Both the position numbers and the translations under genes were made by a program. From assembly GCA_965231215.1 (NCBI GenBank), contig OZ246423.1:736001-800000 (forward strand): a stretch of DNA of 64,000 nt, in the 5' to 3' direction. This DNA is from Candidatus Altimarinota bacterium (lineage in GTDB: Bacteria; Patescibacteriota; Gracilibacteria; UBA4473). Positions 46,839 through 56,400 of this stretch are shown here, piece after piece (the first letter of the stretch is position 1; every line of letters starts with the position of its first letter). The notes beneath the pieces are model-generated. The model had not been told where the DNA came from, searched no databases, and saw nothing but the letters and a program-made list of their open reading frames with translations.

Positions 46839-48038
46839 GTGTGGTTTATACGCAAAAGCTTACAACAAATCAATTACAAAGCCCCTGAACGGGAGATTTT
46901 TGTTTGGGCTTTTGTTGGGGCCTTACTGTATGCAGTTGGATTATGGCTAGATACGGTTTGCTTTCCCCTGCTTATAGGATGGCAGACTCCGTTTTTAAAT
47001 GCTTTGGTGATTTGGCTTACAGAGCAGTTTATCTACATTATCTTGTTTGTGTTTGGATTAGTCACAACGTACAGAGTTTGGAAGCACCCAGACCACCAGA
47101 GTAAACTGGTTCCAGCTATATTTGCGATAATGACTGCTGGAATTTTAGCCTTTGTATTTAAGTCTGTATTTGCAATTGATCGACCTTTTATTCAAATGGC
47201 TTTAGAGCCCTTGGTTCCTGGAAGATCCTATAGTTTTCCTTCCGCTCATACAGCGGTAGCTTTTGCTTTACTGATTCCCTTTTGGCGTATTTCAAAATTC
47301 ATTGGATTGGCCTGGTTTATTTTTGCGGTAGCTGTTGGGTTTGCGCGAGTCTATGAGTTGGTACATTTTCCCTCAGACATTGCAGCGGGAATTTTTTTAG
47401 GAGGAGTAGTCGGTGCTATCTTTTCTCATAGAGAGGTTCAAAAACTCATAAAAATCCTCTGGGAAGAGCTAGAATTTAGGCGCCAAAGTTTCCATTTTTT
47501 GTTTGGGTTTTTCTGTGTGTTTTTGCACTGGGCCGGAGTTTTGAGGCTGCGTTATATTGCGGTAATATTGCTTCTAGGACTTTTGATTTCAATCATTTCA
47601 CAGTACAAAAAAATTCCTATCATTAGTCACATTTTAGGTTTATTTGATCGCCCTAGGGATGAAGGGTTCCCAGGCCGTGGAGCGTTTTATTATGTAGCGG
47701 GAATTTTTATCTGTTTTTTAATGTTTCCGATAAAAATTGCCTATGCGGCTATACTCATTTTGTCAGTAGGCGATAGCTTGAATCACCTGTTTGCGAGCCA
47801 AGTTCAAAAAATAAATCTCCCCTGGAATAGAAGAAAAAACATAGTAGGGATTATGAGTGGAATATTAATGGGGACTTTTGCGGCTCAATTTTTTGTACCT
47901 TTGTTTCCGGCCTTTATTGCGTCGAGTTTAGCAATACTTTCAGAAACCATTCCCTGGCGAATAGGGCGATACTTTATTGATGATAATATAGTGGTTCCAT
48001 TTGTAGCGGGGTGTTTGCTTAGTGTGATGTTGACCTAG
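46839..48038 (+). CDS. PAP2 phosphatase fused to a CTP-dependent polyprenol/diacylglycerol kinase (Sec59/DGK1/VTE5 type)
   Basis: PAP2 motifs K.....RP, SFPSAH, ARVY..VHFPSD; kinase motifs RR..FH, GA.YY, ILSVGDS, K...G, IDDN..VP. Confidence 0.85.
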   Translation: MWFIRKSLQQINYKAPEREIFVWAFVGALLYAVGLWLDTVCFPLLIGWQTPFLNALVIWLTEQFIYIILFVFGLVTTYRVWKHPDHQSKLVPAIFAIMTAGILAFVFKSVFAIDRPFIQMALEPLVPGRSYSFPSAHTAVAFALLIPFWRISKFIGLAWFIFAVAVGFARVYELVHFPSDIAAGIFLGGVVGAIFSHREVQKLIKILWEELEFRRQSFHFLFGFFCVFLHWAGVLRLRYIAVILLLGLLISIISQYKKIPIISHILGLFDRPRDEGFPGRGAFYYVAGIFICFLMFPIKIAYAAILILSVGDSLNHLFASQVQKINLPWNRRKNIVGIMSGILMGTFAAQFFVPLFPAFIASSLAILSETIPWRIGRYFIDDNIVVPFVAGCLLSVMLT

Positions 48039-48104
48039 AAAATGTTACAAAAGCTTCATGAAGTTTTATTCAAAATTTTCTCAGACGAGGGGAACTGGAA
48101 TCCT

Positions 48105-50978
48105 TTAACTCTCCAGCATTTTTTTCAAGAAATTTCCAGTATAAGAAGTTTTGTGCTGAGCGATTTCTTCGGGGGTTCCGGTAGCGACTATCTCCCCTCC
48201 AAATTCTCCACCATCAGGGCCAATGTCCACCAAGTGATCACAAGATTTTATAACATCTAAGTTGTGTTCAATGACGATTACAGAATTTCCTTTATCTACC
48301 AAGGTCTGAAGCACGGCAAGTAACTTTTTTACATCAGAAAAGTGGAGTCCGGTAGTGGGTTCATCTAACACATAAATAGTTTTTCCGGTAGATTTTTTCA
48401 TTAATTCTGTGGCGAGTTTTACCCTTTGGGCTTCTCCTCCAGAAAGGGTAGTAGCACTTTGTCCTAGATGAATATAGCCTAGTCCTACTTCGTTAATGGC
48501 ATCTAATTTATGCTTAATATTTGGAAAATTTTCAAAAAATTCAGCCGCTTCTTCAATGGTCATAGACAATACTTGGGCGATGTTTTTTCCTCGGTACGTA
48601 ATTTCTAAAGTTTCATCATTATACCGCTGTCCTTTACAGACTTCACATGGAACATATACATCTGGCAAGAAGTGCATTTCAATTTTTTTGATTCCGTCTC
48701 CACTACAGGCTTCACATCGTCCACCCTTTACATTGAATGAAAATCGACCTGAGTTGTATCCTCGGAGCCGAGCTTCTGGCGTAGCGGCAAACACTTCACG
48801 AATATCGGTAAATACGCCGGTATAAGTAGCAGGATTAGAGCGGGGGGTTCGTCCAATGGGGGACTGATCAATAGAGATTAGTTTATCCAACTGTTCAATG
48901 CCTTGAATATCATCGTGCAGGCCTGAAGGTTTTTTGGCTCGATTGAGTTCTCGTGCGAGTGTTGGCACTAAGATTCGGTTAATGAGTGAAGATTTTCCAC
49001 TTCCAGAAACGCCCGTAATCCCTACAAAACATCCCAGAGGAATTGTAGCGTCTATACTCTTTAAGTTATTTTCTCGTGCCTTCACAATTTTGAGTTCCCC
49101 ACTTGCTTTTCTTCGAACTCGTGGAACACGAATAGCCTGACGGCCAAATAAAAAATCTGATGTTTCGGTTTCAGTGTTTTCCATTTCTTTGATTGTTCCA
49201 GAAAACACTAAGTTGCCTCCGTGAGCTCCGGCTTTTGGTCCAATTTCCACAATATGGTCAGCGACTCTCATGGTATCTTCATCATGTTCTACAACCAGTA
49301 CGGTATTGCCTAAATCTCTAAGGTGTTCAAGGGTCGTGATAAGTCTATCATTATCTCTTTGGTGTAGTCCGATTGAGGGTTCGTCTAAGACATATAAAAC
49401 CCCTTGGAGTTGTGATCCAATTTGAGTAGCGAGACGAATACGTTGAGCCTCTCCACCAGACAAGGTATTAGCGGTTCGAGACAGGGTAAGATAGCCTAAA
49501 CCTACGTTTTCTAAGAAGCTAAGTCTGTCTATAATTTCTTTTTGGATAGGCTTTACAATTTCTACATTTTCAGAAGTTTCTTCTACACTCTGAATCCAAT
49601 TTTTGGCTTGAGGTATAGACATGGTACAGACATCAAAGATGGTTTCTTCTCCTACAAAAACATTCCGCCCAAAGACATTAAGGCGAGCGCCTCCACACTC
49701 TTGGCAGGTAGCTTCTATCATAAATTCTTCTAATTTTTTGCGTACAAAATCGGAATCAGATTCATTAAACCTTTTTTCAGTTTGAGCCACTAACCCTTCA
49801 AATTTGGCTTTGGTACTGCGTCCATGGAACGCTCCTCTGAGTTTGATTTCAAATTCTTCACCTCCAAACCCTACAAAGATCTTTTCCATTACCTCAGGTT
49901 TGATTTTGTGCATTGGTTCATCAATAGAGAATCCATATTTTTTACCCACGGCCTCCATCACAGAAAAATACCAACTTTGTGAGTTGGTTCCTAGTGACGC
50001 CCAAGGTAAAATACCGCCTTCTCTGATAGAAAGCTTGGGATTGATAGAAGCTTCGCGATTGAGCTCTAGTCGATAGCCAAGACCATGACAGGCCTCACAC
50101 GCGCCATGCGGAGAGTTAAATGAAAAGAGCCTAGGTTCTATCGGGGGAAAAGAAAATCCGGTTTCTGGGTCTGAAAGATTCTCAGAAAAAAGATGATTAC
50201 TTTCATCACTCATTCGGAAGGCAATCATAATGCCTTCCCCAAATTTTAGGGCGGTTTCTACAGAATCAAGCAACCGCATTCTTTCATCATTTTTTTCATC
50301 TATGGTGTCTCCACTAGAAAGCGCAATAGATTTTTTACTGTAGTCATTTTTGGTCAGACGATCTACGACAATCTCAATGTCGTGCTTTTTATTGGGGTCA
50401 AGTTCAATGTCTTCATTAATAGTATGGATGTGGTTGTTGATTCGAACTCGTACAAATCCGGCTTTCTGGATACGTTCGAGTACATCTCGATGTTCTCCTT
50501 TTTTGCCTCGGACTACTGGAGCCAAAATCATAAATTTTTCGCCTTCGTCCCATTTATCGATAAGATCTACAATTTGGGCTGGGGTTTGTTTTTGAAGTGG
50601 TCGTCCGGTTTCTGGATGTCTTGGAACTCCAACTTTGGCAAAAAGAAGTCTTAGGTAATCATAAATTTCAGTTACCGTTCCCACGGTAGATCGCGGATTT
50701 CTAGGGGCGGTTTTTTGGTCAATAGAAATAGCAGGGCTCAATCCTTCAATAGATTCTACTTCAGGTTTTTCCTGCATTTGTAAAAACTGTCTGGCATAGG
50801 TAGAAAGGCTTTCTACATACCTTCGTTGTCCTTCGGCATAAATTGTATCAAAAGCGAGGGAAGATTTTCCACTTCCAGAAACACCGGTTACGACGGTGAG
50901 TTTCTCTCTGGGGATTTCTACATCTATATTTTGTAGGTTATGCATGCGGGCTCCACGAACGACAATTTTTTTAGACAT
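48105..50978 (-). CDS. uvrA: Excinuclease ABC subunit A
   Basis: Two GVSGSGKSS Walker A motifs, two LSGGEAQR signatures, zinc fingers. Confidence 0.99.
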   Translation of the reverse strand: MSKKIVVRGARMHNLQNIDVEIPREKLTVVTGVSGSGKSSLAFDTIYAEGQRRYVESLSTYARQFLQMQEKPEVESIEGLSPAISIDQKTAPRNPRSTVGTVTEIYDYLRLLFAKVGVPRHPETGRPLQKQTPAQIVDLIDKWDEGEKFMILAPVVRGKKGEHRDVLERIQKAGFVRVRINNHIHTINEDIELDPNKKHDIEIVVDRLTKNDYSKKSIALSSGDTIDEKNDERMRLLDSVETALKFGEGIMIAFRMSDESNHLFSENLSDPETGFSFPPIEPRLFSFNSPHGACEACHGLGYRLELNREASINPKLSIREGGILPWASLGTNSQSWYFSVMEAVGKKYGFSIDEPMHKIKPEVMEKIFVGFGGEEFEIKLRGAFHGRSTKAKFEGLVAQTEKRFNESDSDFVRKKLEEFMIEATCQECGGARLNVFGRNVFVGEETIFDVCTMSIPQAKNWIQSVEETSENVEIVKPIQKEIIDRLSFLENVGLGYLTLSRTANTLSGGEAQRIRLATQIGSQLQGVLYVLDEPSIGLHQRDNDRLITTLEHLRDLGNTVLVVEHDEDTMRVADHIVEIGPKAGAHGGNLVFSGTIKEMENTETETSDFLFGRQAIRVPRVRRKASGELKIVKARENNLKSIDATIPLGCFVGITGVSGSGKSSLINRILVPTLARELNRAKKPSGLHDDIQGIEQLDKLISIDQSPIGRTPRSNPATYTGVFTDIREVFAATPEARLRGYNSGRFSFNVKGGRCEACSGDGIKKIEMHFLPDVYVPCEVCKGQRYNDETLEITYRGKNIAQVLSMTIEEAAEFFENFPNIKHKLDAINEVGLGYIHLGQSATTLSGGEAQRVKLATELMKKSTGKTIYVLDEPTTGLHFSDVKKLLAVLQTLVDKGNSVIVIEHNLDVIKSCDHLVDIGPDGGEFGGEIVATGTPEEIAQHKTSYTGNFLKKMLES

Positions 50979-51056
50979 TAAATGCGATAAAGTTTTAAAA
51001 ATACAAAAACACCCCCAAAATGGGGCGATTGGTCGAAATCGACCCTAGCGATTGGG

Positions 51057-51085
51057 TTGTATTTTGTCAAATATTTTGGTATAAT
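51057..51085 (+). promoter_or_regulatory. Strong sigma70 promoter of the hypothetical gene cluster
   Basis: TTGTAT-N17-TATAAT with extended TG. Confidence 0.7.
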
Positions 51086-51106
51086 GAAGCGCACTTCTAT
51101 ATAAAA

Positions 51107-51472
51107 ATGACTGAAGTTGTTGATACTGAAAAACGAAATGCAGATTTTAGGGCTCTATGTGCTGTTACAAACCTAGAAGATCAGGAGCTTCCTACTTGGT
51201 TACGCAAGGATATTTTGGAGCCGTGTGGTGTTAAGGGAGGTGCTCAGCAAATAACAGATGAGAAAATTGATAATGTTTTTGATTTAGTAGCACAAAAATT
51301 CCCAGGGGCAAATATCTTAGCAATACTGACGGAAGCTACTCAAGATCAAGGAAAAGGAGAAGCTTCCCTTGATGATGAGGTTTCAGCAACTACTTCAATG
51401 GTTAGAGGTGTGGTTGGAAAAAATATAGCTGAAAGTCCTGATGGACCACCAGAAGGAGTAACAGTTCATTAA
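51107..51472 (+). CDS. Hypothetical acidic protein (121 aa)
   Basis: ATG 51107 lies downstream of the promoter; the ORF-track start lies upstream of it. Confidence 0.65.
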   Translation: MTEVVDTEKRNADFRALCAVTNLEDQELPTWLRKDILEPCGVKGGAQQITDEKIDNVFDLVAQKFPGANILAILTEATQDQGKGEASLDDEVSATTSMVRGVVGKNIAESPDGPPEGVTVH

Positions 51473-51532
51473 AAAATTTATACTGGTTTTTTCATTAAAA
51501 ATCTGTTATAATAATCAGATTTATGTTTTTAA

Positions 51533-51985
51533 ATGAAAAAATTTCTTTCTCGGCTTCAAAACAGTGATATTGAAACACGGTTTGCTTTTAAACTTTCAAC
51601 AGGGCCTCAAGAGGACCTTGGAGGCAAAGAAAGAATAGGTCGAGGGGACCTTGAGGCTAAGGTGGCTAAAGAAACACAAGGAGATTTAGCTTTTTTCCAG
51701 AGAGAAATGTTGCTTTTGGATGCAAAACGCAATACTCAAGAAAGAGTTTCAGCAAATACAAAGGATGCAGAAGTCGCAGATATTTCAGAAGTTGAAAATA
51801 CTTTGAGCAAGAAAGGACCGGAAGCACTAACAGCTCAGGAAACAGCAGCCATTAGAGCTACACGGAATAGAGAAATTGCTGATAGAGTAGGAGCTGATAC
51901 TATGGCGGGAATTATTGAAGCTACAGAATCTGAAATTGCAGCTAGGAATTTAGGTAATATAGATTCAACGACACGGTCTGTTTAA
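51533..51985 (+). CDS. Hypothetical helical protein (150 aa)
   Basis: Own TGtTATAAT -10 element; N-terminal ETRFAF motif. Confidence 0.7.
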   Translation: MKKFLSRLQNSDIETRFAFKLSTGPQEDLGGKERIGRGDLEAKVAKETQGDLAFFQREMLLLDAKRNTQERVSANTKDAEVADISEVENTLSKKGPEALTAQETAAIRATRNREIADRVGADTMAGIIEATESEIAARNLGNIDSTTRSV

Positions 51986-52021
51986 TTTGCATTTTAAAAT
52001 ATTTTTTATATTTTTCAGTAG

Positions 52022-52603
52022 ATGAAGAGAAACTTAGACGGAGGTCAAGATCAAGGAGCAGTAATAATTAATCTGACTGATTTTAGAAAAGAAACGAGCG
52101 GAGGAGAATTGGCTGAAGAAGTTAACCAAGAAATGTCTGAGGAGCTTTCTCAGCTTTTAAATTTTGAAGCTAAAGCTTTGTATGATTTGCGTCATCTACC
52201 TAAAAATAAGCAAATATTTGATAAATTTGATCAAAAAGCTATTTCAAGAGTAGAAGAAGTACTTGCAGCAGATGGCTTTGCCGTTGACGAAGATGCAGAA
52301 GTAGCTTTTGATATGGCTGAAGGTAAGTTTGTGCTGAAGACTCCCTTAGAGAACGGAGCAAGCCGTAATCTTGTTTTGGAAGATGTAATAGAGCAAGCTC
52401 TTTTAGAAGGAAGGTCTCCTAGTGAAGAAAATCTAAGTCTTGATCTGTATAGTTTCTGTTTGGTTTTGGATGAAATGGTATCAAGAAATATTACGGAACC
52501 AGATAAAATTGAAATTATAAATAGTGAAGCAAAAATCCTTTTTAATAAACTAGTACCACCAGATGGAGGTGGTGGAACGTCTCTTGATGTAGCAGCGGCT
52601 TAG
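52022..52603 (+). CDS. Hypothetical acidic protein (193 aa)
   Basis: ORF with upstream TTGCAT-N16-TATTTT. Confidence 0.7.
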   Translation: MKRNLDGGQDQGAVIINLTDFRKETSGGELAEEVNQEMSEELSQLLNFEAKALYDLRHLPKNKQIFDKFDQKAISRVEEVLAADGFAVDEDAEVAFDMAEGKFVLKTPLENGASRNLVLEDVIEQALLEGRSPSEENLSLDLYSFCLVLDEMVSRNITEPDKIEIINSEAKILFNKLVPPDGGGGTSLDVAAA

Positions 52604-53769
52604 CTATCCAAAAGTATCTCTAACATCCGCTTCTTTGTTTCTGCGAGGTTGTAGTGTTTTTTTACAAATGCATGCGCGTTTTCGGTAAGTATTGAGGTTT
52701 TTTGTGGGTTGTCCGCAAAATAGGCAATGGTTTCAGCGAGAGTCATAGCATTGCCGGTTTCACATAGCAGTATATTTGGGTCCTCAATTGAGATACCTGA
52801 TTTTTGGCAAAAATTGATATAGTTTTTGAGGGTTTCTTTTGGGCCGGTTTGGTCAAAAGCAATCACTAATTTTCCACAAGCTAAAGCCTCAATCACAACT
52901 CTTCCAAAGGTCTCTGGTTCTGTGGGAGTAAAGATAATGCAATCATATTGCATGATAGTTTCAAACACTTTTTCTGTATGAGGTTTTAGAGTGCAATTTT
53001 TGAGCGTCCTTTCTTTTATAAACGCTTTGATTTGGGTTTCATATTCTGTCGTAGCTGGGTCGCTGGCTACACTACTGCCTATAATAGTGAATTGGAGGTC
53101 AGGGTTTCTTTCTAGCAGTAAGTCGGCGGCTTCTATGAAATATTTTTGTCCTTTTCGTGGATCAATTCTCCCTATGTTCAAAATATTTCGGATTTCAGTA
53201 GGCGGCTGAGGGGTTGGAAAGTCTTCAAAATTTATTCCATTCTCTACAATTCGAATTTTTTTATGCTGTGATTCACTTAAATTTTTACGCACATAATTCC
53301 TGGTTGGAATCGAGTTTGAGATTATGATATCTGATTTTTTGCAAATATATTGCAAAAGGGATTTTGGCCGAGTAGTGAAATCGTGAAACATACACACCCA
53401 TTTGCCTCTCCATCCCCAAAATTTTAAGAAAGAGGCAATAAAATGAGTTCTAGGGGTATTGGTAAAAATCTGAGTTACGCCTTCTTTTTTGCAAATATTT
53501 TTTAACTTCCGTGCTTTAAAGAAAAGTTTCCATACGGCCAACATTTTTGCAAAAAATCCACCTTTAACTCTTGGATAATCAAATTCTATAATGGAAATGT
53601 TTTCCGGTAGCTTGGCCTTGTATTCTGGACTTTCGGCTCCTATAACAATGGGGTTTAGTCTTCTTATATCGTTAGAACTCAGACTGTTAAAAAAATCGAG
53701 TGAAAAGTATTCAGCTCCACCCAAGAATTCCCCTTGGTCTAAAAATGCTACTTTTCTTGGTCGTTTCAT
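52600..53769 (-). CDS. Glycosyltransferase family 4
   Basis: GGAE, HD, NGI, IGRI.P.KG...FI.AA, ETFGRVVIEALACG. Confidence 0.92.
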   Translation of the reverse strand: MKRPRKVAFLDQGEFLGGAEYFSLDFFNSLSSNDIRRLNPIVIGAESPEYKAKLPENISIIEFDYPRVKGGFFAKMLAVWKLFFKARKLKNICKKEGVTQIFTNTPRTHFIASFLKFWGWRGKWVCMFHDFTTRPKSLLQYICKKSDIIISNSIPTRNYVRKNLSESQHKKIRIVENGINFEDFPTPQPPTEIRNILNIGRIDPRKGQKYFIEAADLLLERNPDLQFTIIGSSVASDPATTEYETQIKAFIKERTLKNCTLKPHTEKVFETIMQYDCIIFTPTEPETFGRVVIEALACGKLVIAFDQTGPKETLKNYINFCQKSGISIEDPNILLCETGNAMTLAETIAYFADNPQKTSILTENAHAFVKKHYNLAETKKRMLEILLDS

Positions 53770-53796
53770 ATGTGCACAGATTCTCCGTAATTGAGG

Positions 53797-55245
53797 TTAA
53801 AAATCAAGTTCGGCTTCAAATGGTTGTAAATACTTTTTTTGATAGGTGTATGAAAAAAGACTCCAAAAGGTGAGCATAAAAAGCATAAAACCGGTTATCA
53901 AACTCCAAAATTTTGAAATTTCAAAGTGACCAAATAAACTAAATATATGGGCGATCATAAGCAGTATTTCTATGCCTAAAAAGCTAGGAATAGAAATAAT
54001 CTCGCTGATGAAGGGAGGAGCACTACCAAGAAGACCTATAATGGTGTTGCTTAGCATCAGAAAGGGGACGAGTGGTTCGGCGAGTAAATTACTTAAAAAC
54101 CCACTAAAGGGGAAACTCCCAAAAGTATAAATTAGAACTGGAAATACTGCTATCTGAGCACAAAAACTTACCCCTAAAAGGAGCCTTAAATAATTATGAT
54201 TTTTTAGGAATGAAGTGTAATGCCAAAAGAGAGGCATGCCTAAAATGATGCCGAGTGTAGCTGAAAAACTCAGCCAGAAGCTTACATCCTGGAGAAGCAT
54301 TTTTGGATCCCACAAACTTAAAACTATTGCTGCAAATAAAATGAGATTTCGTGCATCACAAAATCGACCCAGGGCCAGACTAACGCCCGTAAGGCTTCCA
54401 AAAATGGCCGCTCTGAGAACTGGCGGATCAAAGCCAACCAAATTTACATACAGTAAGGTGCAAAAAATACTCAAAATCAATACGAGCCTGGGGCCCAGTG
54501 GTTTAAAAAAGATAATTAAGCAGGCTAAAAGCAACGTTATATTGGTTCCCGAAACCACCAGCAAATGCTGTAACCCAGAGGATTTAAAATCATGAGCTAT
54601 GGGTTTTGGGAGGGCTTCTTTAAGGCCAATAAGCACCCCTTGGGCAATCTGTTGATGTGGGGTTGGTAAATTGTTTTTTATGTTTTGAGAAAAGGATTTT
54701 CTTAGTTTTTGCAATAGTGAGGTATTTTTTTGTTTTACCCTTATTTTTGGATTTTTTATCTCGTAAAAAATATCAAATCGCGACCAATATTTTTGTAGAT
54801 CAAAATCGTCAGAAAAATTACGAATAGGCCTGATTTTGCCTTCTATTTCCAGTTGATCACCAATGGCATAATAAGGGTCAAGCTTGGTTATAATTAAGAT
54901 TTTAGGCTGAGTCTCTATGTTAAGGACTCGAGTTTGTAGGTATTGTTGAGTCAATTTTCTGTCTGGTTGTCGAATAATCTGAACGCTCAAATTAACAGTC
55001 TCAAATCTATATTTTTTGAGTAGATCAGGGGATGAAAAATAGAACTCATATAGCACTGGGTAGAGACAGCCAAAACTAAAACAAAAAAAGGCTAAATGCC
55101 AATATCTAAAGTGAGAAAAGACAACAATACTAGTAATTAAAAACAAAAGACTGCCTACATAGAGGTTTAAGTATTGAGATATATAAAGACCCATAAGGAA
55201 CCCAAATAAACTCCAGCGTAATTGCCAAGAAGGCAGGTGACTCAT
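53797..55245 (-). CDS. comEC: ComEC/Rec2 competence protein
   Basis: OB domain, G.LIG, F..SGL.HL.VVSG.N, P.V.RA, SF.LSF.AT.GI. Confidence 0.92.
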   Translation of the reverse strand: MSHLPSWQLRWSLFGFLMGLYISQYLNLYVGSLLFLITSIVVFSHFRYWHLAFFCFSFGCLYPVLYEFYFSSPDLLKKYRFETVNLSVQIIRQPDRKLTQQYLQTRVLNIETQPKILIITKLDPYYAIGDQLEIEGKIRPIRNFSDDFDLQKYWSRFDIFYEIKNPKIRVKQKNTSLLQKLRKSFSQNIKNNLPTPHQQIAQGVLIGLKEALPKPIAHDFKSSGLQHLLVVSGTNITLLLACLIIFFKPLGPRLVLILSIFCTLLYVNLVGFDPPVLRAAIFGSLTGVSLALGRFCDARNLILFAAIVLSLWDPKMLLQDVSFWLSFSATLGIILGMPLFWHYTSFLKNHNYLRLLLGVSFCAQIAVFPVLIYTFGSFPFSGFLSNLLAEPLVPFLMLSNTIIGLLGSAPPFISEIISIPSFLGIEILLMIAHIFSLFGHFEISKFWSLITGFMLFMLTFWSLFSYTYQKKYLQPFEAELDF

Positions 55246-55308
55246 TGGCTGTATTGTGTAGAGAATTTGCTTTCAATAAAGGTTTAAACTTTGGTGAAAG
55301 TTAATCTT

Positions 55309-56358
55309 TTATTGAAAGTAGTTAAAGGGATTTACTTTCCGACCTCTTATACGAAGTTCAAAATGCAGGTGGATTCCTGTAGCCCCAAAAACCCGTCCAC
55401 TGTTTCCCATTAGCGCCACGAGTTGACCTGATTTTACAGTGTCACCTTCCCTTACTTTTAGGACTTGATTATGGGCATAGAGCGTTTCCACGCCATTGCC
55501 ATGATCAATAATAAGGTAGGTTCCATATCCATAATTCCATCCACCACTCCGAGCAAGTTTAATAGTGCCCCCGGCAGAAGCGTAGATAGGAGTATTTCTT
55601 TTATTGGCAATATCTATAGCGTAATGACCACGCTTATAGCCCTGGGTTAAGACGCCACGTGTAGGACGAATAAGTCTAAATCCAATAGATTCAATTCCTT
55701 GGCTTGTAGAGCTCCCAGCTCTTCCATAAGTAGGGTTGTAGTTACTGCCTGCGAATTTAGGTTTTGAAGCTACATAAACTCTTTGGGCGCCTGGAACAAA
55801 GAGCTCTTGATCAACTTTTACTACATCTTTTTTGAGGGCATTATAGGCTCTGATTTTGCTAATATCTACGCTATGGGCTTTTGCAATTTCTCCAAGAGTG
55901 TCATTGTTTTGAACCTTGTAATACACCCCGTCGGTAGGCGGTATTTTTAGCTTGTCTCCAACCTGGAGACTTTGTTTAGCATTAATATCATTGGCCCACA
56001 GAATCGTAGAAATTTTAAGCCCAAACTTATGCGCAATTTTTGAGACATTGTCCCCTGTTTTTACGGTATAATACATAGTATTGTCCCGTTTTTTCATAAT
56101 AACTCTTTTGCCATCCGCATCTTCTACCAAAATTTGTCTAAGGCCAGCGGTATCAACGCCTACTGAGTTTTCTAAAAACCCTGGTTCTAAAACTTGTAAG
56201 AAATTTTTTGATTCAGAGGCTCCAAAGTCTTCAAAGCTCTGCAATTGGCTAAAATAGGGAGGGCGAAAACTCAGCAAAAAAAACAGTAAAAACGTCAAAC
56301 ACATTAGCTGAAAGCCAAAGGGTGAATTGAGTGCTCTTTGGACGAGTAATTTTCTCAT
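55309..56358 (-). CDS. LysM-domain M23 family peptidase
   Basis: Two LysM repeats (YTVK.GD.VS.IA, YKV...DTL..IA), H.AIDIA, TLYAH, HLHFE; start probably ATG 56358. Confidence 0.93.
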   Translation of the reverse strand: MRKLLVQRALNSPFGFQLMCLTFLLFFLLSFRPPYFSQLQSFEDFGASESKNFLQVLEPGFLENSVGVDTAGLRQILVEDADGKRVIMKKRDNTMYYTVKTGDNVSKIAHKFGLKISTILWANDINAKQSLQVGDKLKIPPTDGVYYKVQNNDTLGEIAKAHSVDISKIRAYNALKKDVVKVDQELFVPGAQRVYVASKPKFAGSNYNPTYGRAGSSTSQGIESIGFRLIRPTRGVLTQGYKRGHYAIDIANKRNTPIYASAGGTIKLARSGGWNYGYGTYLIIDHGNGVETLYAHNQVLKVREGDTVKSGQLVALMGNSGRVFGATGIHLHFELRIRGRKVNPFNYFQ

Positions 56359-56400
56359 ACTGAGCCAATATAGTGCTCTAGATTCCAATGTCAAAGGGGG

